A stretch of DNA of 33,970 bases from NCBI RefSeq assembly GCF_018977255.1, contig NW_024705572.1:1-33970 (forward strand), read 5' to 3'. This DNA comes from Callorhinchus milii (lineage: Eukaryota). Below, piece by piece: positions 1 to 9,888 of this stretch (positions within the stretch are counted from its first letter, which is position 1; each line of letters begins with the position of its first letter). A program made the translations under genes and the position numbers. The notes under the pieces were generated by a model. The model was given only the letters and a program-made list of their open reading frames with translations, made no database searches and had not been told where the DNA came from.

Positions 1-1501
1 ATCCATAAAGAAGGACCTCCGCTACGACCTATCGTGTCACGATCAACTCTCCTACTACAAGCTAGCCCGTTTTTCTATCAGATACTCTGCTTCCCTTCAC
101 GGCAAGACCTCTTCGGCAGTACTCACTCAACCCAATTAGTTCTATGGTAAGGACATTGTACTTCTCCTGACTGAATCCTCGTCAGCTTTGATGTAGTCAT
201 CTCTGTTCACCAAGTCCCAGTACCTGACACCCTAACAATAATTGAGACTTGGTCCAACATGGACTTGAATCTGATGTACCTGCGCTGGTTAGGCATGCCT
301 CACCAACACCTATTTACCTGGAATGGCACCTTCTACAAACAAGAATGAGGGTACCCCTATGGGTTCCCCTTATCACCAGTATAGCCAATGTTCATGGAAA
401 AGTTTGAATCAGACGCCATCCAGACATCCACCCTTCGTCCTTCCCTGTGGAAGAGAGTATGTGAATGACACTTTCGTCATTCTGGCCACATGGCCTCCCA
501 GCATTGAACCATATCTAGGACCACATCAATTCTAGACACCCATCCATTAGATTCACCATGGAAGTGGAGAAAGATGGAAACTCCATTCTTGGATTTCTGT
601 TTGAGAGGAGGCCTGATCGGTATCTCTTGGGACATTCTTTATCAGGAAGGCCACCCACACAGATTCCTACTTGAAGCCTGATTCCACCACCACCTCAGCT
701 CAAAATAATTCCCTCATCAAAACTCTATACCATAGGGCTCATTGCATCTCTGACCAACACCACCTGGCCAGTGAATTAAAACATGTACATCTGGCCTCAA
801 GATGAACGGATACTCAGACCGTACTATCCGCCAAGTTGTTTCTCCCACCATGCAGAAACAACCACCTAAAACTCCGATCAAAATCATCACGCTGCCATAT
901 ATAGCAGGCGTTACCAAAAAGATTTCCAAAATTCTAAACAAACACAGAGATCCAGGTCCAGTTCAATAAAGTACGCAAAATCCGTGATCTGATCCCATTC
1001 GTAAAGGATGTCATTCCGGACTTACAGTACCCGGTGTTTACAAATTGAGTTGTACCTGTGGTGACTGCTTTATCGGGAGACGAAACAACATATTTCGGAC
1101 CGAATTCACAAGCACAAATCAGACTTGAAACACGGCAAAACAAATTCTTCGGCCGTTGTTGATCATTGTTACAACGCCGTGGGTGATCATGATATTGTTT
1201 TCTCCGATACCAAGGTTACTCTGCAAGCCGTCTGGATACCCCAAAATATTTGTCCATGAGGCCTTACAGATATACAACACATAGACAAGTTTAACCGAGA
1301 AGATGGATTCAAATTGAGCAATCATTGGAAAGATGTGATTAACCATGTTAAACCTCAACCGCGACTCTCCCCCGCTCTGCGTCCCCCTCCCCCATCCGTG
1401 GCTCCGTCCTGTAGTACCTCCTTCACCTTCCTGGCTCCACCACACCCCCCCCCCCATCCTGCGCGCCGTCCCTCGGCTCTCCCCCTCTCTTACCCTCTTA
1501 C

Positions 1502-2341
1502 TAGGCCTCGGCAAGGTAAGGTAATTTACCCTTTTTACTGGGTAAAAGAATAAAGGTAAAGAAGGGTAAAGGTGTCGACATGCCAAGGGGTAAGGTACAG
1601 GGTTGGGTAAAGGTAGCACGAAGTATTACCCGGTAAATACGGTACCTTGTTTACCGCTAAAAGCTCCGTGGCGCAGTCCGTGGCCTACATTTAATAAGTA
1701 ATATTAAAACAAACTTTATTAAAAACACGCTTTTATGAAATGTACGAGTAATGGCAGAACTCCACGACTCTAGGAAGTGGCCCCGAAGCTTGCCATAACG
1801 TAAGGGACTGTGGTAATTTACAGCCAACGTCAGGTGAGTGTGGACAATTAGACCCAAGCCGAAACATAACATTTACAAAATAATGTTTAAAAATATATTT
1901 TTTATGATAGAATATAGTATTGTCATCAGTATGACCTAAGTATACCAAGTTTGCTGTCGATACCACATTAGGAAGTGGGTAAAAATAGAGTTTCAAGATT
2001 TGAGAATACAACAACAATAACGACAACAACAGAGTGAGTTAAAAGAAAGCGTGTAAAATTGGAATAATCGAGAGTATTCTATATGATTAAAGCGCTCTAC
2101 CTTCTAGTATGTACCGTTATAAACCTTGTTCATGTGTAGTAGTTCCCTAGTAATTACCCTGTAATCGGGTAATTTGTATGGGGTAAGGTAAAAGGTAGGG
2201 TAAAGGTAGGCTCGTTGCATTTTACCTTTTACCTTACTTGCTAAAGGGTAAAAGGTAGGTAGAGTGATTGTATTGTGGTAAGGTAAAAGGTAGGCTCGTT
2301 GTTTTTATCTTTTAACTTTTACCTTACCTTGCCGAGGCCTA
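1502..2341. mobile_element. Non-autonomous DNA transposon (MITE, hAT-like) inserted in the PLE 3' UTR
   Basis: TIRs TAGGCCTCGGCAAGGTAAGGTAA / TTACCTTACCTTGCCGAGGCCTA. Direct repeat CTCTTAC at 1495-1501 and 2342-2348. Subterminal GGTAA(A) repeats. No ORF. Confidence 0.85.
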
Positions 2342-2412
2342 CTCTTACCCTATATAACAATGTCTCATCACAAATAACTCTCGCTACAGTTATTTTGCTG
2401 TGCCTTTTTTTA

Positions 2413-2453
2413 CACCTGATGAAGGAAGCTTGTGTTGCCTCCGAAACGTCGTG
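2413..2453 (+). ncRNA. Minimal type I hammerhead ribozyme (PLE pLTR)
   Basis: CAC-CTGATGA-A-GGAAGC-TTGTGTT-GCCTCC-GAAACGTC-GTG: intact core, one mismatch in stem II, palindromic ACGT mini-stem III. Confidence 0.8.
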
Positions 2454-2482
2454 ATTTAATTGAATTTTTCATTTATTTTATT

Positions 2483-3091
2483 TTATTGTTTTACCTACGT
2501 GAAAGGTTTGTACACGAAGCCATACAAATATACAAACACAGACATAACTTCACGCGTGATGACGTTTACAAACTGAGTAATCATTGGAAAGATGTGATTA
2601 ACCATACAAAAAAGATTTAACTACACTTATTTGCCAATCTTAATTGACAGACAACTATTACAGTTTTACCATGTTTAGTGGTTGTCTCCCTGTCACAGGT
2701 TGATTCACAAACCGTACCTCTCCATAACAAAGGCTCACCCTCTTAAGCCTCACCTTACCATATTAATAAAAAGTATGCGGTCTTTGCCCCACCACCTTCT
2801 CCAACCATTATATAAACGGAGTGGTAGCTCCTGCAATCTCTCATTTACTTGATACAGCTGTCGTGGCTGTGACGGTCCCACCTGAGGACGGAGGCTTGTG
2901 TTGCCTCCGAAACGTCGTGATTTTATTTATTTTACTTTTTTAATGTTTAACCTACGTGACTTTACCGAAAAAACCTAAGAATATGAATCCTTGCAGTCAC
3001 GAAAGCTTCAAATCTAGAATTACCTACGTGACTTTACCAAAAAAACCAAAGAGTATATGAATCCTTGCAGTCATGGAAACTTCAAATCTAG
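2483..3091 (+). mobile_element. 5'-truncated PLE copy 2 (GIY-YIG C-terminus + pLTR) with a tandemly duplicated ~70-bp terminal module
   Basis: Encodes RFVHEAIQIYKHRHNFTRDDVYKLSNHWKDVINHTKKI*. UTR matches the reverse complement of 10525-10940. Module CTACGTGACTTTACC...CTTCAAATCTAG occurs at ~2951-3020 and ~3023-3091. Confidence 0.9.
2879..2919 (+). ncRNA. Minimal type I hammerhead ribozyme
   Basis: CAC-CTGAGGA-C-GGAGGC-TTGTGTT-GCCTCC-GAAACGTC-GTG: perfect 6-bp stem II, intact core. Confidence 0.85.
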
Positions 3092-5270
3092 CACCTAGGC
3101 TCACAACAAACCTGGAACTCAGCACACACCCTCGCAATCATGACACAGGCCTCCTCCAGTTCACCAAGGCCATGTACATGCAGTCCCCGGATTACGGAAG
3201 GGTTAGATTCCTGAGAACGATCTGTAACCCGAATTTCTTGTATGCCGGAAACTGAACAATTTCCCCCCAAAATCCAGATGAATCAGATAGCCGCAAATAG
3301 TTGTACATCCCTACCCGATCACTAATTAGCTTTCTTCAGTATTGTATCACGCTATTGTCTGTTTTCTATCGCTACCTGTATCGTATCGCTGTGCATGCAT
3401 ACGCTCTGCACTTCCTATGATTCTCCAATTTCATAGAATATCTACCCTAACACTACCGTAATTAAACTAATAGAAATATACTGTATGAAATTGTTCATGA
3501 ATAACACGAAACATTTTAATATTAAAAGAAATCAGTCAATTCCGAATGAAAAGAAAATAATTATGTTACGCTACAAAAACATTCCATTTACCTGAACCAT
3601 GGTGAAGCTCGAGCTCAGTGAAGGCGGCATTTTGGTGGAGCGAGGCATAAGTTGGGGATTACCCCTCACGTAACGCAGGGCTTACGCCTCACTCCACGAT
3701 ATTCATCCACAACCTCACCGCGCTGCACTATTTGCGCTCATGTAACTAACGCAAACATTTTCCGCATATTAAATGTTTATTACATCATTTATGGGAGCAT
3801 TTCCATAAAGTTAGATTTCCTAAGTCGGGTGTTCCGCAACCCAGGAACTTACTGTACATTAATCAAACCCAGCTTACAAATACTGTGGTCAAGTGTGCCA
3901 AATTTTTACTCTGATCTCTACACACATGTGAAGACATTCTAAACATTCACTCCCCTACAACTGCAGTAGCTGGAAGTGACAATGATGTGACTACTCTTCC
4001 TTGACCAGGCTAGGTGCAATGCAACATCATGTGACATGGTAATGCTTTCATAGCCAGTAAGGAATAAAACCATGGATTAAAGAGTGGGTGACTGACAGAG
4101 GCACCACCTGGGAATTAAGTGTGAGTGGAGGGACACAATGAGTGGAGTGTTCCATCTTGGGATGATGTTAAGGCTGACTCTACCTTTGTGCTTGCTCTTA
4201 CTGGGTTTTGTGTCTTGAGGGGACTCTGTGTGGGCAGGACCAGGTGTTCCTAGCGCCTCGCTCTCAGTGGCCTCGCTGTCAGCGTCAGAAGCAACTGTAT
4301 ACGTGGCCCCTAGATCTGTGGAGACAAACAGCGCCTGGGCTCACAACGGATCCTGGAACTCGGCACATAACTGAGGGAAGAACACACCCTCGCAATCATG
4401 ACACAGGTCTCCTGCAAGTCACCAATAGCCATGGACAAAAATCAATACAGTATTGACTCCCCGGTCAAGCATGCAAAACGTTTCTGCTCTCCGCACATAC
4501 ATACAGGCAAATAAAAAATATAAATCCCCCACAATGATGTCACTACTGTGGCTGTGCCAGGCTAAGCAACGTAGCATCACATCACGATGTGATTTCATAG
4601 CCGTAAGGGGCAGAACATGGATTACCAGAGTGGATGACTGGCAGAGGCACCACTCAAAATGGAGTGTGGGTGGCAGGACACAGGGAACAAAAAGTAGGTG
4701 GAGGGAGACAAGAAAGCAATGTGGGTGGAGTGAGACAGGGTATTTTTTGTGGAGGGACACAGGGAATGAGACGGGTGGAGGGACAAAGGGAGTGGAGTGT
4801 GGGTGGAGGACACGGGAAGTGGAGTGTGGGTGGTGACATGGAGCAGAGTGGGGATGGGGGGACAGAGGAAAAGGGATGTGGGTGCAGGGACACATGGAAT
4901 TTGGCATGGGTAGAGGGCTTCAGCAGGAGGTGCCATTAAGGAAGATCCATCAACTGACCCTACTATTGCACTTGGCCTTGCTGGGTTCTGTGTCTGCAGG
5001 GGTCCCTGTGTGGGCAGCACCAGGTGTTCCTGGGGCCTCACTCTCAGCTTCAGCAGCAGCTGGATACATGGCCCCTATGTCTGGGGAAAGGAAAAGCATC
5101 TGGCTCAAGATGGATCCTGGAACTCGCAGAAAACTGAGCTCATACACACCTGGAAATCATGACATGGCTCACGCTGGTCACCAATAGCCATGGACAGGAA
5201 TCAAACCCATACTATAGACACTGTAATCAAGTAGGCAAATACGTGCATGCATCTTACCTATAAACGTCAT
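3090..5270 (+). repeat. Old diverged tandem triplication of a ~550-700-bp unit
   Basis: Shared motifs: CCTGGAACTC..CACACC..AATCATGACA..CCATG at ~3110, ~4350, ~5115; CCAGGCTA..TTTCATAGCC..CAGAGGCACCAC at ~4005, ~4557; CCAGGTGTTCCT at ~4240, ~5020. Confidence 0.7.
3177..3854. mobile_element. Tigger/pogo-like (Tc1-mariner superfamily) non-autonomous element
   Basis: Imperfect TIRs CATGCAGTCCCCGGATTACGGAA / TTCCGCAACCCAGGAACTTACTG flanked by TA. It interrupts a local repeat unit. A second partial copy lies at ~23850-24082. Confidence 0.7.
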
Positions 5271-5323
5271 TTGTTGTCTGTGTATGCTACCTTGTAATAT
5301 TTTTAACTGACAAACTATTGGGT

Positions 5324-5494
5324 CTCCCCGACAGACCTGGTCTTCACCTGAGGACGGCTGCTTGCGTTGTGGCCGAAACGTCGTGAGAATTATTTGATGT
5401 TTTATTTTTATTCTTTTATTATTTCCCTTCTACGTGACTTTACCGAAAGAACCAAGATGAATCCCTGCAGTCACGAAAGCTTTAAATCGAAATT
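5324..5494 (+). mobile_element. ~170-bp PLE terminal-module insertion carrying an intact HHR (5343-5387)
   Basis: TTCAC-CTGAGGA-C-GGCTGC-TTGCGTT-GTGGCC-GAAACGTC-GTGAG, then a U-rich tract and ATGAATCCCTGCAGTCACGAAAGC. Flanked by TATTGGGT at 5316-5323 and 5495-5502. Confidence 0.8.
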
Positions 5495-5899
5495 TATTGG
5501 GTTTATGTTTCAACAAAGTACACAAATACAACAACTAAGCTCCCGAATGAACACTTGCTATTGTTTTACCCTTGGCTCAATATAATCTAAGAAAAAGAAA
5601 CTTTGTACAATGTTCGCTGATCGTAATGATAACTTTGAACTGTGCCAAAGCATGCATCCAAGCATGCACGGAAGGCAGACTCGTGGTGGCTCCTAGCAAC
5701 ACAAACACGGTTGCTTAGGGATTATGACTGGAGGTTCTCTCCTTAAATATTTTGTGGTCATTTTGTTTACAAGTAAAAAATGCCAAAAAGAAAAAAAACA
5801 AGCTTGTCCAAGACAAACCCAAAGAGAGTGCTGGTCTGTGGCACTCAAAACAAACAGTGGAGGAGCAGCGGCTGTCTCAACAGCAACAAACAGCGAAGG

Positions 5900-6075
5900 C
5901 ACATCAGCAGCACAGGCTGAGGAAACTGCAGAGCAGCGAGCATGGAGACAAGCCAGAGGCTGCACAGTTACTGCAGCAGCACAGGCTGAGGAAAATCTTG
6001 AACAGCGAGCATCAAGACAAGCCAGTGAATGCACATTTACTGCAGAAGCACAGACTGAGGAAAATCCTGAACAAC
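5900..6075 (+). repeat. 69-bp tandem repeat (~2.5 units) encoding STPR-like 23-aa units
   Basis: EETAEQRAWRQARGCTVTAAAQA / EENLEQRASRQASECTFTAEAQT / EENPEQR: period of exactly 23 aa. Confidence 0.7.
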
Positions 6076-6628
6076 GTGATGTCCTCTTTCCCCACCCCCA
6101 CCCCAAAATGTGTACAGTTACTATAGTCAGTAGATACTGCTGTAGAGTCAGTAAATACTATAGTCCAAGGCCGTAGCATGGAGTCAACATTGGGGGGGAC
6201 CAAATCTTCCAGGGTGTCTCTGGGGTTCCAACCCAGAAAAATATCTAAGTTAGAAAACGAATTTCTGTCTAAAATATTTAAAAATTCACTAACACATGGG
6301 ATGGACTTTTTTTTTATATTTTTTTACAATGTCTAAGTGTATTGTATTACATTGCTCTGTTTTTACTTTTTTTTTTTTACCATTTCTTGTTTCATTGTAT
6401 GTAATGGCAGAGATTAGGGATTCATAAAGTACAACCATAACCACAATCATATAAACAGAAATCTATGCATTGATTTATATGAAGACAAGTTCAGATATTG
6501 TGGCCAAGGTTTAGCAAATTGTTGTTTTTATTTACATAGCATAGCAATTTTTTTTATATAGCAATATATTGGGGGGACATTTTGAGCATATTTGAATATA
6601 CGTGTGTGTCCCCCAATATATATTATAA

Positions 6629-7094
6629 CTAGCTTTACTACCCGGCTTTGCCCGGGACTTGGATTCACCACACCAGGCTGCCTTTGTCTCCCCAGTGGTG
6701 ATGTTCACACACCACACCAGTTGCTCGTTTGAGGCTAGAGGAGGCCCAGGAGTGGTTAAAATAATCGTCACCGGTGGTGGCCGTGAGCAGGAATCGAACT
6801 CGGGTCGCTGGGTTCGGAGCGCAGCGCGCTAACCACTACACTACAATGCGTTACGCTTCCACATGCGTGGGTCACATGACAGATTTGACGTCACAGCTCA
6901 CTTGCCGTGCAAAAAAGAGATGCATTATTGTGCACACCCCCCCCCCAAAAAGTGTATTTTTTATAATTTTTCCATGGTGTACAATCTGGAAAGTACCCAC
7001 ATGGCAAATTTCAAGTTTGTTGGCATGTCGGGAAGTACGCTAAACATTTTGAACAGACACACATAATCACAATTTAGCCTTTTATATATGGAGA
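6629..7094 (-). mobile_element. Non-autonomous Helitron
   Basis: Minus strand reads A|TCTCCATATATAAAAGG ... CCCGGGCAAAGCCGGG-TAGTAAAG-CTAG|T: canonical TC start, GC hairpin, CTAG end and A|T target. Confidence 0.8.
6668..6848 (-). mobile_element. tRNA-derived SINE fragment
   Basis: A box GTGTAGTGGTTAGCGC and B box GAGTTCGATTCCT on the minus strand. Body matches the other SINE copies. Confidence 0.8.
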
Positions 7095-8194
7095 TCACGG
7101 CCTTGCTATAGTCCGTAGATACTACTGTCGTCAGTAGATACTACTGTCGTCAGAAGATACTATTGTTGTCCGTATACTACTGTAGTTAGTAGATACTACT
7201 GTAGAGTCAGTATATACTGATTCTATTGTATGTAGGGTGTGTAGGTATATATGCCGACAAAATAAATCTAACTGGGTGGGGGGGTTGATAATTTTGGAAA
7301 CATTTTCGATCAACTATTTACCCCCCACTTTCTCTAACGTTTTTTATCGGGCCGTCTGTAAGGCTCTTCTTAATTTGTTTATGGACAAATAGACAAACGG
7401 AACGCTGGGCTTTTATAATAGCTTAGTATTTGTGTATATGTTATGTTTTTAAGAGAAGACAAGTTTTGAAATATATATTTTTCCCCCGGGCAAAGCAGGA
7501 TACTTCCTGCTAGGATATTCTAATTCACTCGCCTGCAACTGCAGCCATTGAGAAAAAGGGAACGATTTCACGACTGTGCCTGTGTCATGCTAGGTGTAAT
7601 ATAACATCACGTGACATTGTGATTTCATAGTAGGCAAGGAACATGTACAAGTAGTCGATTGGAAGAGGCACCACCACCTGTCGTGTCCCAATCCCTGTGG
7701 GTTCGTAACCTAGTTCAGTGTTCACTGTGATTGTGATGAACTGTGGAGTGATATTGTCTGATGGCGCTCATCACGGAGAGTTGAGGGAGTGGACTGTTTG
7801 TTTAGCTTGGGTAATAAGCATCTAACACGCACAAGTCATCCTAAATCCAAAGGCTGTAGGGTAAGGAATACCAACACGGAACACAACGGGCCGGTGTGGG
7901 TAGGACAACGCCTAGCCGCCTGCTAATGTTTACGCACCGAACCATTTAAGGTTAAGTCAACCCCACGGGGGACCCACGGGCCAAGCTATTCATCATGGAT
8001 GTTAGCCGGGTTCGTGGCGAAATGCCCTAACCACTAAACTACCGCTCCCTACTATCAATAACAGCCATTTGCCACGATGACGTCAAGACGGTGCATGTGC
8101 CAGGCTAGGTGCACTATTGAGTGCGACGTTAACTGTATATGGTTCGCTGGTGTTATGAGTTGAACCCCCCCCCCTCAGAGCTTTAATAAGACTC

Positions 8195-8652
8195 CTATAG
8201 AGAAAGTGCTGTCAGTGGGTGGCCAGCACGACACCCGGCCGTCTTTGTTTACCCCTCGGAGAGGTTCAGATAATTAATCATCACTGGTGTTGGTCGTGGG
8301 CTCGATTCGGAGCGCAGCGCGCTAACCACTGCGCCACCGCTCCCCACACACATGACACAGATCGATGCCACGTATCGCCTTAACCAGACTTTGGCGAGTG
8401 CTGCTAGATAGCACCTATAAAGGCCCGAACGGCACACGAGGGGGTGGGTGGCCAGCACCACGCCCGCTGCCTTTGTCTCCACAGTGTTGCGATGTTTACA
8501 CACCGCACCGGTAGTCATTTGAGGCTGAGTCGACCGAGAGGAGGCCAGGACCGGTTCAGATAATCATCACTGACGTTGGCAATGAGCGGGAATCGAACTC
8601 GGATGGCGAGGTTTGTAACACAGCGCGCTAACCACTGCGCCTCCGCTCCCCG
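8195..8652 (-). mobile_element. Two tandem tRNA-derived SINE copies (~8195-8347 deleted; ~8390-8652)
   Basis: GGCGCAGTGGTTAGCGCGCTG..GAGTTCGATTCCCGCTC head, then GTCGACTCAGCCTCAAATGACTACCGG core and GGCCACCCACCCCCTCGTGTGCCGTTC body. Confidence 0.85.
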
Positions 8653-9547
8653 TACACATGAATATACAACTCACGGACAGCGAGGAAGGGGCAAGCAGAG
8701 TTACATATCTCCATGAGCGTGGGGAGGCGGATGGTCACCTGCGAACACCTGCTGCAGTAAAACCTCCCGCGCCCTCCTCCGCATCATCCTCCCCACCTCG
8801 CCTTCCCCGCCGAGTATCGCGCGCGGCGCCTCCATGGCGTTGGCGCGGGCCGGGGACGACACAAGACCGCGTGACGTCATCGACGGGCGACGCCCACCGC
8901 TTGTGCACTGCGATGGCCCCTGAGCAAGATGGCAGCCTTGGGCAGCGCCGTTTTTTTGTTCCACGGACTGGCGGCCATAATAAAGGGGGAGGTGGGCGTT
9001 TTTATTCTGGCAAATCGTCGATGATGCTGGATGTAATTCCTGACGAAACGTCGTACTCGGATTGTAAATGTTGTGGATTTGCTCTCCAACATCGCGTAAA
9101 TATAAAGGTGTCTCTTTGGTTCTGTCGGTAAAGTCACATGGAAAGAAAATAATATAATACGACGTTTCGATTGCAACACAACCAACCGTCATCTGGTATG
9201 AATGAATGCAAACTCGGAGGGAGACATATACAGAGAGACACACATGTGGGAGAGACACAAAGAGACACACAGAAACAACGCATCTGTGACGAGGCATTAT
9301 ATAGAGAGAGGGGGGGAGCAGGGAAATTAGCATGTCAATTGGAGCAGTAGGGGGAGAGAGATTTGAAGTTTGAGAGAGAAATAATAAAAGAGAAAGAAAT
9401 AAGAAAACAAGCCTAGTAAAATTTTGAACTGGAATGCAATGCAACAGAGAATCGGCTAACACAACAGTTAACATCTTCTTGGTTCTTTCGGTAAAGTCAC
9501 GTAGAAGGGAAGTAATAAAATAATAAAAATAAAACATAATAAAACAA

Positions 9548-9596
9548 TTCTCACGACGTTTCGGCCACAACGCAAGCAGCCGTCCTCAGGTGAAAA
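9548..9596 (-). ncRNA. Minimal type I hammerhead ribozyme, intact
   Basis: TTTTCAC-CTGAGGA-C-GGCTGC-TTGCGTT-GTGGCC-GAAACGTC-GTGAGAA: 7-bp stem I including one GU pair. Confidence 0.85.
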
Positions 9597-9783
9597 CCAG
9601 GTCCGTCGAGGCGACAGAGTCTGAATGAAACAGCACACGAGCTTGGAGCATATATATAAGCTGGGCGCATTGACAAAGGAATTTGCATATCAAAAGGAAT
9701 TTAGCATATTTATGGGAAATGCAGGAATGTGATTAGTACTGCATATGCATGTGCATTATGCAGGATTAACAGCATCAAAGGGA

Positions 9784-9888
9784 GCTGCAGTTACTGCTGC
9801 TGCAGCAGTTGCTGCTGCTGCTGCACTTGCTGCTGCTGCACTTGCTGCTGCTGCACTTGCTGCTGCTGCACTTGCTGCAGTTGCTGCC
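9784..9888 (+). repeat. (TGC)n microsatellite with a 15-bp higher-order period
   Basis: Repeated ACTTGCTGCTGCTGC. Confidence 0.95.

Larger units (their letters stand above)
1..2482 (+). mobile_element. Penelope-like retroelement copy 1 (runs off the window 5'): degenerate RT + GIY-YIG ORF to ~1350, then 3' UTR/pLTR interrupted by a MITE
   Basis: Co-linear with the reverse complement of 11090-12435. Motifs visible across frames: IHKEG.LRPIVS, SFDV, GTPMGSPL, YV(N)DTFVIW, LPYIAGVT, GVYKLSCTCG..GET. Many 1-bp indels. HHR at 2413-2453. Confidence 0.93.
6166..7105. mobile_element. hAT-type non-autonomous element with 8-bp TSD
   Basis: TIRs CAAGGCCGT / ACGGCCTTG. Perfect TSD CTATAGTC at 6158-6165 and 7106-7113. 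Inserted in a GTCAGTAGATACTACT minisatellite (6118-6165, 7106-7220). Confidence 0.85.
5580..7513 (+). mobile_element. Internally deleted Helitron relic with STPR-like repeats, carrying nested inserts; 5' end approximate
   Basis: 3' end CCCGGGCAAAGCAGGA..CTAG (7485-7513) is a degenerate Helitron hairpin + CTAG. Contains MPKRKKTSLSK... from 5780 and 69-bp (23-aa) repeats. Confidence 0.55.

Noticed and set aside
8575..8652. tRNA gene
   Set aside because: A and B boxes are present but continue into a SINE body that recurs many times, and no full cloverleaf is evident.
8701..9570. 289-aa minus-strand ORF
   Set aside because: It runs across unrelated pLTR modules and low-complexity tracts, has no ATG start and shows no domain.
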